The position numbers and the translations under genes were made by a program. Of a stretch of DNA of 64,000 nucleotides, positions 39,444-52,709 are shown in pieces. The DNA is from the human T2T-CHM13v2.0 reference genome, Homo sapiens. A model generated the notes under the pieces. It searched no databases. It worked only from the letters and a program-made list of their open reading frames with translations, and was not told the origin of the DNA. Numbering within the stretch: the stretch's first letter is position 1; each line of letters opens with the position of its first letter. The stretch lies in assembly GCF_009914755.1 (NCBI RefSeq), contig NC_060927.1; one strand, written 5' to 3'.

Positions 39444-41073
39444 ACCTCCTACTTCTCCTACAAATCTAAATATTTGGAACAACACAAGAAAGAGGAAATG
39501 GGGCACTAGGGAGAATGAACACCTTGACCCGACCCACACTGTTAGAGGCACAGGATAAAAGGAAAGAAAGAAGGAAATCCTGAAATTCCTGCTGATTTTT
39601 AAGGTCCAGTAGTCCATTCACAAATCAGATAAAGCCCAATCAGATTAGTAAATTGTTCTTCCTTGGAAGTGGGAAGCTATGAAAGGAGTTAGAGGAAAGG
39701 AAGAAGAGTGCTAGGAGAGCCCGCCTACCCCAAAAGCATTAATTCTAAGATGCATTCCTTCCTTTTATTCTCGTAAGAGCACATCCTGCCTTTTAGAGAT
39801 TTGCAGAAGGACCATCTCCACAGATTCTATTTTTCCTTAGTGCTCTGAAAAAAATAAATGGAAAATTTAGTTTTGCAAATTGTTTTGTGAACCTGATTGC
39901 ATTGACATAGTGAACTTCAGTATTCTACCAAAACAGACATGTCTTCTGCCTAGGTTATTTCACCATGAAATGACTTCATTCGGCAATAGTGTGTTAGATA
40001 GTGAAATACCATGGAAAGACACTGCAATTGCCAATGATTGTTGGGAAAGAAGGAAGCAAAAAAAAGAAGAGGCTGTTCAAAATGGAACATAAACGCTATT
40101 TAAAACAATTTTCTGAAAAACAGTGATTGCAAAGGCTGGAGCCAGGACATCTGAGAGCAAGCCGTCAGAGTCCTCTTTCAAGACGCAGCTCCCTGTTGCT
40201 GTCAGCAGACCAAGGATTTTTTAGCATCTTGGAAGAAATGTTAAATCAATAAACTACTTAAAAGTTGCTGACAAATCAGATGCTGTTCTATACAAAGCCA
40301 AACCCCATTGCCAGGGAGAAGCTGAAGACTTGAACAATTTTTAGAAGGAAAGGGCCATTTGCCACCAACACCCCATCCTGTATTCTACCATCTGAGACAT
40401 CTCAGCTCACATTAGGAGCACAGTCATAGGTCCTGGTTGATTCAACCAAGCCTTCAAGGTTTAAGACCCCCTAGAAAACACAAATAGATCAGGTTGGCTT
40501 CACCAACCTGGTGCTTCACATTAATTTTGAAAATGACTTCTGACTGCAATGTAATCCGTTTTACCTGGGTAATACTTTACAGTTTTCAGATCATTTCACA
40601 CCGTCATGTCATTAGCTTACCACAAAAACCCTCTGAGTTTGGCCTAGCCGGTGTTCTTCTACTTATTCCATAGCTGAGAAAAAAGAAGCTAAGAGAGCCC
40701 TTAGTGACTTGTTCTAGGTTGCATGGCTAGAAAATGACTGAGCCATGTCAAAAACCTAAGGTTTCTATTTTACTCCTCTGAAAACTTAGTAATTCATTAC
40801 ATCCATTCAGAATTATCTGATATCTCCTGTATCACCTAAAAATAATTTATATATTCAGCCCCAAAAGAACAAAGTTCTTGGTGTCTCCAATAACTATGCT
40901 TATTTATATTTCTGAATGTATTAGATTCCTATGTTAATAATTGCATAGGTTTTTTATTTTATTTCCCAAATTCAATTATTTAACAAATATTTATTGGACT
41001 TTTCAGTGCACTGACATTGGTGACACAAAAATAAGTAAAACAGTTCCTCCCTTCACAGATCTCACAGTCCAGA

Positions 41074-41282
41074 GCGTGGGTTGGAAAATTTTTTCTGTAA
41101 GTATTTTAGTCTTGGTAGTCATATTATCTCTATCATAACTACTCAACTCTACCACTGTAGGAAGAAAACAGCCATAGACATTATGTAAACAAATAGGTGT
41201 GGCTGTGTTCCAATAAAACTTTATTTACAAAAATAGGTCATGGGCAGGATTTGGCCCATAGCCTATAGTTGCTCTAGTCCTG
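41074..41282 (+). mobile_element. MER58A
   Basis: 'aactactcaactctaccactgtaggaagaaaacagccatagac...ggctgtgttccaataaaactttatttacaaaaa'. Confidence 0.85.
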
Positions 41283-41632
41283 ATTCTAGAGGGATTCTCA
41301 AAGCAGAAAAATCCAACACTGAGGCAATATGTTTTGTTGTTGTTGTTGTTACTGTTGTTTAGTTTTAAGTATATTTTATAATATATTTTCTGATCATAAA
41401 AGTAAATCCATAGCAGAAAATTAGAACATACAAAAACACATTAAGAACAAAAATCATCAGTCATCCTACTGGCAGGAGATAACTACTTTCACATTTTCTA
41501 TATTTTTCTAGTGTTTTTTCTATGGCTTCATCCTTTTTAATGAAAAGGGGCTTCTTCCTGTGTAGTTTATGTCCTTTTAACTTGAAGTATCCTGAGAAGT
41601 CACAACTAAAAAGAACACCGTACTATGAATGA

Positions 41633-41681
41633 TTTCTTTCTTTCTTTCTTTCTTTTTTTTGACACAGAGTCTCACTCTGTT
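41633..41681 (-). mobile_element. Alu 3'-terminal stub with (CTTT)n tail
   Basis: 'tttctttctttctttctttttttt gacacagagtctcactctgtt', then an abrupt switch to THE1 internal sequence. Confidence 0.75.
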
Positions 41682-42582
41682 CCATACGCACTCTGAAATT
41701 TAAGCAGAGGTTCCCAAACCTCAATTCTTGACTTCTGTGTACCCACAGGCTCAACACCATGTGTAAGCTGCCAAGGCTTGGAGCTTACACCCTCTGAAGC
41801 AGCAGCCTGAGCTGTACATTGGCCCTTTTTAGCCATGGCTAGAGCTGAAGCAGCTGGGATGCAGGGCACCATGTCCTGAGGCTGCATACAGCAGCAGGGA
41901 CCCTAGGCCTAGCCCATGAAACCAGTTTTCCCTCCCAGGCCTCCAGGTGTGTGATGGGAGGGCCTGCCATGAAGGTCTCTGACATGCCCTGGAGACATTT
42001 TCCCCATTGTCCTGGTGATTAACATTTGGCACCTTGTTACTTGTGCAGGCTTGAATTTCTCCCCAGGAAATGGGGTTTTCTTTTCTATCACGTTGTCAGG
42101 TTGCAAATTTTTCAAACTTTTATGTTCTGCTTCCTCTTGAATGCTTTGCTGCTTAGAAATTTCTTCTGCCAAATACTCTAAATCATCTCTCCCAAGTTCA
42201 AAATTCCACAGATCTCTAGGGCTGGGACAAAATGCAGCCAGTCTCATTGCATAGCAAGAGTGACCTTTACTCCAGTTCCCAAAAAGTTCCTCATCTCCAT
42301 CTGAGACCACCTCAGCCTAGACTTCATATCACAGTCCATATCACTGTCAGCATTTTGATCAAAGCTATTCAACCAGTCTCTAGGAAGTTCCAAACTTTCC
42401 CACATCTTCCTGTCTTCTGAGCCCTCCAAGGCTCTGGGAAGTTCTAAACTTTCCCATATTTTTCTATCTTCTTCTGAGCCCTCCAAACTGTTCCAACATC
42501 TGCTTGTTACCCAGTTCCAAAGTTGCTTCCACATTTTGGGGTATCTTAATAGCAGTAGCCCACTCTACTGCTACCAATTTAC
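41682..42582 (-). mobile_element. THE1 internal sequence, 5' portion only
   Basis: ORFs 41909-42310 and 42244-42534 give typical MaLR-int translations ('DGDEELFGNWSKGHSCYA', 'LEGSEEDRKIWESLELPR'); joins the LTR at 'ctaccaatttac|tgtattag'. Confidence 0.9.
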
Positions 42583-42953
42583 TGTATTAGTCCATTTTCA
42601 TACTGCTGTGAAGAAATACTTGCAACTGGGTAGTTTACAAAGAAAGAGAGGTTTAATGGACTCACAGTTCCACATGGCTAGGGAAATCTCACAATCATGG
42701 TGGGAGGTGAAGGAGGAGCAAAGACATGTCTTACATGGCAGCAGGCAAGAGAGTGTGTGTAGGGAAACTGCCCATTACATGACCATCAGATCTCATGAGA
42801 CTTATTCACTATCACAAGAACAGAATGGGAAAAACCCACCCCCGTGATTCAATTACGTCCCACCTCCCACCAGGTCCGTCCCACAACACATGGGGGTTAT
42901 GGAAGCTACCATTCAAGATGAGATTTGCGTGGGGACACAGCCAAACCACATCA
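42583..42953 (-). mobile_element. THE1B/C 5' LTR
   Basis: 'tgtattagtccattttc...ggggacacagccaaaccacatca'. Confidence 0.9.
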
Positions 42954-43300
42954 GAAACCAACTCTGATTCTCTGAGATTTGACTGGGGAGGTTGATGGGG
43001 GAATACTCTGTAAGAGAGTGAGGAAAGCAGAATTGGACTAGGGAAAATATAAGCTACATTGCAGCTGGAACTGAGACCTCAACCAGTCAAATGAGAAGCT
43101 CTGAAACGGGGGTGGACCTTAGGAGAGATCCTAATCTGTGGCAAAGGCATCAGGCCTCTGTACCGCCACATCAACCAGTCGAGCCCCTGAGGAGTGAGTA
43201 ATACAAGCCATCAACAACCAACACTCCCAGTAATGCAGTAAATGAGTGCCACAGTCCTGAATGGGGACTTGAATGGGGGCCCTCTCTGGCAAACCACTGC
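42954..43300 (-). mobile_element. ERVL LTR16-like, missing its terminal bases at the THE1 junction
   Basis: 'gagtgaggaaagcagaattggactagggaa...caaccaacactcccagtaatgcag...aaccactgca'. Confidence 0.6.
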
Positions 43301-43969
43301 ATCCACTAAAGGTGCTACGTTTCAAGAAGTCTGTAAAGGATAAATGTGAGCTATCCACAGAGTAAAGAAGGCAGAAGAGATTTACAAAGATGAAATAGTT
43401 AAAGCAAATGCTTTTTGAAGTGAAGCAGCCTGAGGTATTCAGAAAATTTCTAACAGATCCAATTGTTCATGGGAAAGGAAGCAGTTAAATCTAAAATATG
43501 TTAAGATTGGCTATTGACCTTTTATACATTTCTTGTTTCTCCCTACTTAAATTAGCATAATTTTCTGCCCAAAGAGAATATTTTAATAATGTTTGGAGAT
43601 GGGCAGTGTGGAAGTGAGCAGCGAAAGAACAGGTGGATGAGTGGTGAGTGAATGGGTAGAGGATTGAACGGATAGTGAGTAAATGGGGAATGGGTTGATG
43701 TGTGGTGAATGAATGAGTAGATAAAGCTGTTGAATGCAACACCATTCATTTACTCAATCATTCCTCCTCAGGCTCCCTGGAAGCAAAAAGTATACCTTGC
43801 AGGGAAGGAATGGCTAGTATGCTAACATCTTTAGGCAGGGATCCCTGAGTAATAAGTATATGGGAGTAGGTAAAGCTCACAGGAGGAATGTTAATTTGCT
43901 TCACTCATTTACCACACCTGCCTGGCCCCTAGAGGCGATTGAATGGGCAACCCTTCAAGAAGGCAGTGG

Positions 43970-44397
43970 TTATGCCTTCAAGCATTCACCTAGAAGCAGA
44001 TCCTAAAACAAAGATTTGATGAAAATACTTTATTAGGGAAGGAATCTCAGATAGCCCCGTTAGGCAATAAGACAGAGAAAGGAAAGCAATGAATAAAGGT
44101 GGTTTTATCAGGCCCCTGTCACTCTGTATCTAATTTTAATCCTGATGGGTAAGTCTGGGAAACTATATAAACCATGCGTCTCAGAGTTATTCCCTGTGTA
44201 GAATGAGGGAATGGGGGTATTTATACACCAGCTCTTAGCAGTCATTGTTTAGGGGCTGCAGGGTGTGATGGCAAGTGTGGTCTCCCACTGCCTTGGAGAA
44301 TACCTTCAGGAAGCAAGATACAGATGCTGGCGGTTGGAAGCCTCAGGAGCAGGCTGAAGATTCAGAGGATAAGGCAGGGAACTGGGCATCTTTTGCA
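43970..44397 (-). mobile_element. ERVL LTR33-like
   Basis: 'agaagcagatcctaaaacaaagatttg...ctcagagttattccc...ggggtatttatacaccagctc...cagtcattg'. Confidence 0.7.
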
Positions 44398-45884
44398 GTT
44401 CCTTCACCGCTGTATTAAGCACCTGGCAGATCTTAAGTCCCCCAAATAAATGTAGATAAATGAATGAATAAATGTAAATCCGTGAGTCATTTCATGGGAA
44501 TGTGGCACTAATGGCCTGATTTCAGGCAGGGAACTAGGCAAGTAGAAGACATCCCTGAGGCAGGATTTCACACATGTATATATAAATAAGTCAGGCACAG
44601 CAACCTAAGTGCACTCCTCCTCAGAAACTGCTCCTACAGGAAAATTATTTGATGTTTTCCAAGTACTTTAAAAGAGTCAATTTACTACATAATTAAAACA
44701 GCATAATTATTTGTACTTAATACACTGGAGTCAGTGACAATAACAATTATAATAATGTGCTTAGCTGGCACAAGAATTCAACTTCAGGAATATTGTACAC
44801 ATACTAGTTTGTTGCTTCCATTTCTGTTTCTTTATTTTGGCTATCTAAAAATGTCTCCATCACAATTTTGCTGAAGACCATATTCAGGAGAGAAGGTCTG
44901 GAGAGGAGATGTAATTACTGTTTTTTTGCATATAACTTATGTCTCCACCTGTGTCATCTCTTTGTACCTGACATGCATGTTCCCATGTGATTAATGTTAC
45001 CCCAACGGCTGTCAAGTCACATTTTCCTCTTTTCAATAAAAACTCCTAGCATTCCCATAAGGTTTTACAATTTCCTGGGCACTGTCCCTTTAGAGATGCT
45101 TGTGTGGGTCTTATGACAACCCTGGAAGAGACTCATATGTAGGTGTTACTACAATAAAATCCTGTAATGGGAAATAAGTGGGCCCCAAAAAAGTAATTGC
45201 ATAAAACATGGGATTGCATTATTGTGAAGTTAATGAATACATACATCTTTTATTTGTTTTTGCAGTTACCTTATGGAAAAAAAAAGTTTTTATTTATTAG
45301 ATGTGTAGGAATTTAGCTTTATTATAAATAAAATATTCGTTGAACTTAAATTCCTCCACTGAGTGAAGATCAGTCCTAAAACCCAGTTGCATTACACCTA
45401 GGATGGCCAGAAAAATCCCAGCAATATCCCATTTACTTGCAAAAATGTCCCAGTAAGGATAATAAATTTAATAGCCACTCTAGCTATAGCTGACTTAACA
45501 TTATCATGATTAACTTTTCAATAATATTTAACTGTATTTTTCCATTTTTCAAGAAACTGATGAGAAAACTGAGACTCAGGAAGTTAAATTGTGTTCCCAA
45601 GAAGACGCCATAATTATTTGCTCAAAACTAAAGCTAAAAGCCAAAACTAGTTTTCTATCCAGCCTGGTGGTTTAGCTACCTCCTGGCATACTGCCTTTTC
45701 ATTCAGACTGACAATAATTATTCATCACTCAGCAAATATTGACCTTCACATAATAAAATCATTGTTATCATTTGACCCTACTAACTTCTAGTCCTTGTTC
45801 TTACAGATATTCTATTTTAATGTATTTGTAGTATTAGCATAGATAGTTTTAATCTACATTCTCATTCAACATTATACTACACTA

Positions 45885-46330
45885 TCAATTAGAATTAGGA
45901 GTGATTCATACAAGGTAGAATTTTTTTCTTTTAAATGAGAGAAGTCTGGAGGTATGCAATTTAGAATGTTACGGTGGTTCACAGTCATCAAAGACTGAGG
46001 CTCTTCTTTTTCTCCTTCACCATCCTAGAGCTTAGCTTCCAGCCCAAAGATGCCTTATGACTCAAAGATGGCCACTGAAGTTGCGGTTTTCACATGTGTG
46101 AAGTTGGAAGCAAGAAGGAAGGAGGAAAGGGCAAAAGGAGTATATGTCTCAGCTGAGTCAGTTCCTTTTAATCAGATTTCTCAGAAATCTGATTCAGCAT
46201 TTCATCCCACTGGCCAAAACTTAGTCACACTGACACACTTAGCAATTAAGAAATCTTAAAAATGTATTATTTTAGTTGAGGTTATTTGTTGCCTCAATAA
46301 AATTAGGATTGTGTTTTCATAGAATAAAGG
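45885..46330 (-). mobile_element. MaLR LTR, MLT1J/K-like
   Basis: 'caaagatggccactgaagttgc...catcccactggccaaaacttagtcacactgacacacttagc'. Confidence 0.6.
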
Positions 46331-46344
46331 AAAAATCAGTCAAT

Positions 46345-47149
46345 CATTTTCACAAGAATGCTTCACAAGAAACCATGCCAAAACTCAGTGAATTACAACA
46401 GCAAGCATTTCTTTCTCATTTGTGTGTTTTAGATCAATCAGGGATCACAGATTGAGGATGGTGTCAGCTAGGCTGACTTTTTTTTTTTTTTGATAAGGGG
46501 TACAAGTGCAATTTTGTTACATGGATACATTGTGTAGTGGTGAAGTTTGTTTTCAGTGTATCTATCACCTGAATAATATACGTTGTACCCATTAAGTAAT
46601 TTCTCATCATCCACCCCTCTCCGACCCCTTCACCCTTCTGAGTCTCCAGTGTCTACCACTCTACACTCTATGTCCATGGGTACACATTATTTAGCTCCCA
46701 CTTACAAGTGAGAACATGCAGTCTTTGTCTTTCTGTTTCTGAGTTGTTTCACTTAAGATAATGGCCTCCAGTTCTACTCATGGCTGCAAAATACACGATT
46801 TCATTCTTTTTTATGTAGACTTGACTGCAGGCTAGGACTTCAATTCACTCTACTTCACCTGACTCATTCTTCTGGCACAAGAGGGCTCCCTGGGGCAAGT
46901 TCTTCCAGGATAATAGCAGATGTGCAGCGCAATAGAGCAAGCCCAGTCATGCTAGAATATTTCAAGCCTTGACACAATCTATGTCCAGTAAGATCTTATG
47001 TCCAAAGCAAACTATATGGACAATCCCAAGTTAGAAAGGCAAGGAAATGCATCTTGACCATGAGGAGACCACAGCAAAGGAGGTGAGGTATGCTTGCTGT
47101 GTACACCTCCTATAGGAGAGTGTTGGGATCAATAATTCTATCTGCCACA
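46345..47149 (-). mobile_element. MaLR LTR (MLT1H/I-like), split by an L1PB 3' end
   Basis: 'aaaactcagtgaattacaacagcaagcattt' ... 'tccaaagcaaactatatggacaatcccaag...ctatctgccaca'. Confidence 0.6.
46478..46814 (-). mobile_element. L1PB3/4-like 3' end, severely 5'-truncated
   Basis: T tail plus 'ggggtacaagtgcaattttgttacatggatacattgtgtagtggtgaagt'; GACTT on both flanks. Confidence 0.85.
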
Positions 47150-48299
47150 GTAAGCAGGCCATAATTTTCTATTATAACATTCTCTTTCTTCCCTCGCCTC
47201 TAACTACCTCCTGCCTATCTTGTTCTTCCCTGTATACAGTTCCAAGATGGATAGTTACTAAGCTGTAAAAACTCATAGGCCCACCCAAGACTGTCCCCAT
47301 AACAAGCTTGATAATATTCTTGGAGAATCTGATATATGATCCCAAGAGTTAGGAGTGTGGAGGGAAGGGGAGAATAGTGCCTGATTCTGCCTGGAGAGGT
47401 CAAAAAGTAGGAACCTGCTGTGGGCTCTCACATTCACAAAGTGAAAAGAGAGGCTAGGGTGGAAGTGGGTCTGTACACTGCAGTCTAGTGAGGAAGCCTG
47501 CATATGTTCCATGGTACTATTAGATGCCTTGGAATAAAGCCAGCCTCCAGCTTTCTTGAAACCCCAGTGAGGGTTTCACTAAGAAAGAGAAACTGCAGAA
47601 GTATACCAAAAGCGAAAACAAGATAAGGGAAACTCACAAAAGATCAACAGAGTATGCATCACCTATGTCAGTGACTAGGGTGGTACAGTGAAGAGAATTA
47701 CTATATTGCCTAACTCAAGGGATGCCAATCATATCACTGTCCTATGGAGTTAGCAATACACAATCTACGTGGCCTTAATCATAAGTCCTCACAGTGCATA
47801 GTGTATACATTTCTCTGAAATTCATCCTCTATTAATACAACAAAGACATACTTCCATATCAATAGGTTTGAACCTGTTTCTTAGGAGGTTATATAGTGCC
47901 CTATGGTATAGATTTACCAAAATATATATAATTCCTCCCTTAATAAAGAGCATTTATGTTGTTTCCTAACTTTATTGCTACAAACAATACTTCAAAAGAT
48001 TCTTGTACATATATCTATTATTATGTCATACACAAAAATAAATTCTGATGAATAAAAACTTACAAATAAATGTAAAAGAAAAATAGAAAATATTAGAAAA
48101 ATATAAGATCATGCTTTTATACTTTGGGATTTGGGTATCCTTAGTAAATGTAACACAAAATAATCCCCCGTATAGAACTTCTATATGGATAAACCTAATG
48201 CAGAGTTTAAAGACAAATATACTTGAAGCTAATCTTTGCAATGCATATTATAGACTAATGGCCAAAAGTACATTTTATTTAAATCGCTTCTACGAATTG

Positions 48300-48746
48300 A
48301 TTTTTAAATGAATAAATCAATTTAAAAAATGAGCAAAGATGATTTGATAATTCACACAAGAAGAAATACAAATGGAAAACAAGACACTTGGTCCATTAGT
48401 GAATATGAAAATGCAAGTAAAAACAACAATAAAATATAACTTTTAACAAATTTTCAAAACTTAAAAGTATTGGTAATATATATTGTTGGTGGGAATTTTA
48501 ATTTTAAAAATAGGAACTCTTCTCCTTACTGAAGGTAGGGGACATTAGTACAATTTTTTGCAGGTCAACTTAGCGCTATTTACCAAGATATTATGTAACA
48601 ACTCAATATTTCATTCCTGGAAATTTATCCTAAAGAAATAGGTCTACTTGCACACAGAAATACACACACATGTACAGACACACACACATGCACCGGCACA
48701 GACACGCACACAGACACACACATTTCATATGCAGGATGTTTTGTTA

Positions 48747-48798
<52 letters not shown>

Positions 48799-48970
48799 AA
48801 AGAAAATGAAAATGACCTAAATGGACATTAAGAAGACAATATTATAGAATATTTTGCAATCATTAAAATAAATGGTGTAGATCTATATGATCTAACTCAG
48901 ACAAATGTCCACAATATATTTTAGAAGAAAAAAAGGTGTTAAAAATATATGTAGCTTCATTCTGTTTATC
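48300..48970 (+). mobile_element. Old L1 (L1ME-type) 3' region with (CA)n and A47 expansions
   Basis: 'attcacacaagaagaaatacaaatgg', 'cattcctggaaatttatcctaaagaaata'. Confidence 0.65.
48750..48796 (+). repeat. Pure poly(A) tract, 47 nt
   Basis: Uninterrupted A run counted directly. Confidence 0.95.
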
Positions 48971-48979
48971 TAAAAATAC

Positions 48980-50527
48980 TTCTTTTCATTTTCATTTTTA
49001 TTTCAATAGTTTTGGGGTACAGGTGGTTTGTGGCTACATGGATAAGTTCTTATGTGGTGATTCCTGAGATTTTAGTCTACCTATCACTCAGACAGTACAC
49101 ACTGTACCGAATAGGTAGTCTTTTATCCCTCACTTCCTCCCAACCTTCCCCTCTGAGTCCCCAAAGCCCAATATATAATTTCTTATGCCTTTCTGCCTCA
49201 TACCTTAGCTCACACTTATAAGTGAGAACATATGATGTTTGGTTTTCCATTCCTGAATTACTTCACTTAGAATAATGCCCTCCAGCTCCATTCCTTTTTA
49301 TGGCTGAGTAGTATTCCATGGTGTGGATATATACCACATTTTCTTTATCCACTCATTGGTAGATAGAAGCTTAAGTTGGTTCCATACCTTTGCACTGTGA
49401 ATTGTGCTTCTATAAACATGTGAGTGTATGAGTCTTTTCATATAATGACTTTTTTCCTTTGGGTAGATGATACCCAGTAGTGAAATTGCTAGATCAAATG
49501 GTAAGTTCTTTGAGGAATCTTTATACTGTTTTCCACAGTAGTTGTACTAATTTACATTCCCACCAGCAGTGTAAAAGTGTTCCCTTTTCACCACATCCAT
49601 GCCAACATCTGTTGTTTTTTGACTTTTTAGTTATGTCCATTCTTGCAGGAGTAGTAAGGTAGTATCTCATTATGGTTTTAATAGTGATGTTGAGCATTTT
49701 TTTCACGTTTGTTGGCTGTTTGTATAGCTTCTTTTGAGAATTGTCTATTCATGTCCTTTGCCCACTTTTTGATGGGATTATTTGTTTTTTTTATTGCTGA
49801 TTTGTTTGACTTTCTTGGAGATTCTGGATTTTAGTCATTTGTTGGATACATAGTTTGTAAATATTTTTTCTCACTCTATGGGTCATCTGTACACTCTGCC
49901 AGTTGTTTCTTTTGCTGTGCAAAAGCTTTTGTAGTTTAATTAGGTCCCATTTATTTCTGTTTGTGTTGCATTTGCTTTTGGGGTCTTCATGAAGAATTTT
50001 TTGTCTAAGCCAACGTCTACAAGAATTTTTCTGATGTAATCTTCTAGAATTTTAATGGTTTCAGGTCTTAGACTTAAGTCTGATCCCATCTTGAATTGAT
50101 TTTTATATAAGGTAAGAGATAATGATTCAGTTTGATTCTTCTACGTGTGGCTTACCAGTTTTCCGAGCACCACTTATTGAATAGGGTGTCCTTTCCCCAA
50201 TTTATGTTTTTGTATGCTTTGTCAAAGATCATTTGGCTATAAATATTCAGCTTTATTTCTAGGTTCTCTATTCTGTCCCATTGGTCTACATGCCTATTTT
50301 TATACCAGTACCGTGCTGTTTTGGTATCTATACCCTTGTAGTATAATTTGAAGTCGGGTAATGTGATGCCTCCAGATTTGTTCTTTTTGCTTAGTATTGC
50401 TTTGGCTACATGGGCTCTTTTTTGATTCCATACGAATTTTAGGATTGTTTTTTCTAGTTCTGTGAAGAATGATGATGGTATTTTAATGAGAATTGAATTA
50501 AATCTGTAGATTGCTTTGGGAAGTGTG
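48980..50527 (-). mobile_element. L1PB (L1PB1/2-like), 5'-truncated
   Basis: 3'UTR 'tttcaatagttttggggtacaggtggtttg'; ORF 50152-50652 contains ORF2p '[16 protein letters not shown]...[13 protein letters not shown]'. Confidence 0.92.
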
Positions 50528-50784
50528 GGATTTTTTTTAAAGCATTTGTATAACTGTAGAGAAATTCTAGAAGTCTTTACTCCAAAGTTACTTTTATAGG
50601 ACAGGGGGGTGTTAGATTGGAAGCTAGAAAATTCTTCTTTCAATTTATCCATTCTTATTCTTTTGAGTTTGTTACAGGAAGCATATATACTTTTATTTTA
50701 AAAATAAAGATTTAAAGAAGAGAAATTGCTTTTGTGTCTGACCCCTGCATGCCTGTGCAGGATAAGGTTTCCTTCAGGGTAAGC

Positions 50785-50965
50785 AGGGGTATGCTGGTGA
50801 ATCAGCTAGACTGGGGTAGGGGGAAGAAGGGAGCCCTGATTTGTAGTGTTTGTTGATTTCCATGATGCAAATATTCCCACCATGTTCAATTTCAAGTGGC
50901 TCACAATATACCTGAATATTTAATATAATAAATGTTCAATACATCAATTTTTAAAATCAGCTGTT
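50785..50965. mobile_element. MER63-like remnant
   Basis: 'agccctgatttgtagtgtttgttgatttccatgatgcaaatattcccaccatg'. Confidence 0.6.
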
Positions 50966-52709
50966 GAAGAGAACTAGACTGCCAATGCCCTGAATAAGCA
51001 AGTCAAGTGAGAGATTCTGCTCTGGTGGAATGGAAACTCTGCTGGCTGGGACAAGTTTCAACCTAGATGGTTCATAGCACATCTGTCTCTCACCCCAGCT
51101 CACTGCTAAGCATTCATGATTCAAAGCGTCTAAGGCTGGTGTAGTCTTACTACAGTTTTTCAAGGTCATTCACTTCACCAACTTTCTAAGAGATGCTTCA
51201 CCCTTTAGAAGTAGGTCAGGTGGTAGAAGCAATGTCTGCCAGGAAGGATTCTTCATTCATTTCAAGCTCAGGCGGCCTCCAGGCAACTGAATTCTGCAGA
51301 TGGTGCACACAGAGAGAGAATCTGGGTGAACCTTTTCCTTTACAAAAATATTTCTGCAGATGGTAAGGCTTGAGAGCTATAGTGCGTCTCCCTTTCCCGG
51401 TGATGCTCTATACTGAAGCAGTTAACAAGGCACCTGGCAACTCACCCAGCCAAGAACTTGAAGGAATACCTGTCACCAATTTGTTTACAGTCTAATGGCA
51501 CAGGAATCAAAGCAATATTGTACGGTGAATGCTGTGATGGCCAGGCCTATTTCTAGCATTTGTGGGGGCTATAAAACCTGACTTCATTCTCTTCCCATCC
51601 CAGGCTCTACCCACACTTCAAGGGTCCTCATGTGGACACGCCACCAATATGTCCAAATTTGATCCACCATCACCGTCACCCTAACCAGCCACCCCCTGGC
51701 CAACATTCAGGACCAGGAATGCGCCCCAGCTAAGCTATCCACCCTCTGTAAAAGGAATATTGGAAGAAACTTCTGCAGGCACTTTGAAGAGACCTAAGGC
51801 CATTTGGGTTGGGAATTACAAGGTCCTGGTTACTCAGAGAAAGACATAGAAGCAGGGCCAGAACTCTTCACCCCATGGGAGGAGTGCAGCCCACAAGAGG
51901 CCTAAGAGAAGTTCCCAAAAGCATGGGACATAGGGAAGGGGGCCCAATCACCTGGGAAGTATTGGGAATGGGAATAGGATATGGGGCTAAAAGAACAACT
52001 AACTCACTGTTGGCCAGTGAGGAAGACTTCCTGAAGGAAACGAGCCTAAACTGAACCTGAGCATATGCATAAAATTTAGCCAATCAGAAAACAGGGTAAG
52101 GGATTCCAGATAGAGAAGCCACATGTAAAAGGGCCTTAATCTCTAAGAATTATTCACAAGAGCTGATGTTCAATCATTCACGAGAGTATGTGCTTTTTTG
52201 TTTCCCCAAATCAGAGAAATGCTACTACCCTTAGCCCCAAAACCTAAGAAATGGGATTGGCAATAGTTGGGTTCATCTACAGAAGAGCGATTATGAGTTC
52301 TCCTAAAAAGGTAGATGGAGCCCAAATTCTGAAGCAAATGACATTGATTCTCCATTTGCCATGCTGACCAGTGGTTTAACAGAAGCCTCCCAACCTTGCT
52401 CTTAACCCATCCCAAACTTTCTTCTCCTCCTTCCGCTCCCTCCAAAGTTCACTACGCTCTCAGATATACTAAAGACAGATAAGGCTGGAAATGGAATTAG
52501 CACCACAGTGTTAATTGGGGTAATGAGTTAGCAGATAATCTATTTGCATTTTTATGGGATCCTTTAAGGTCTTAATTTAACTTGAAAGTGTGATTAAGGA
52601 GGGAATTTTCAGGTCATAAGCAGGCCCCTTGGGAAGATCTGGAAAGTCTTTCAGGGTCCCTAAGGAAAAGCCCTATGCCTCCTGGTTGCATTTTAATAAC
52701 TCTGGATTG

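Noticed and set aside
41672-42534. Cluster of overlapping minus-strand ORFs
   Set aside because: These are frameshifted THE1 internal sequence, not a host gene.
50152-50652. Longest ORF (166 aa) as a gene
   Set aside because: Most of it is L1 ORF2p sequence fused to unrelated flank; it is a truncated L1PB relic.
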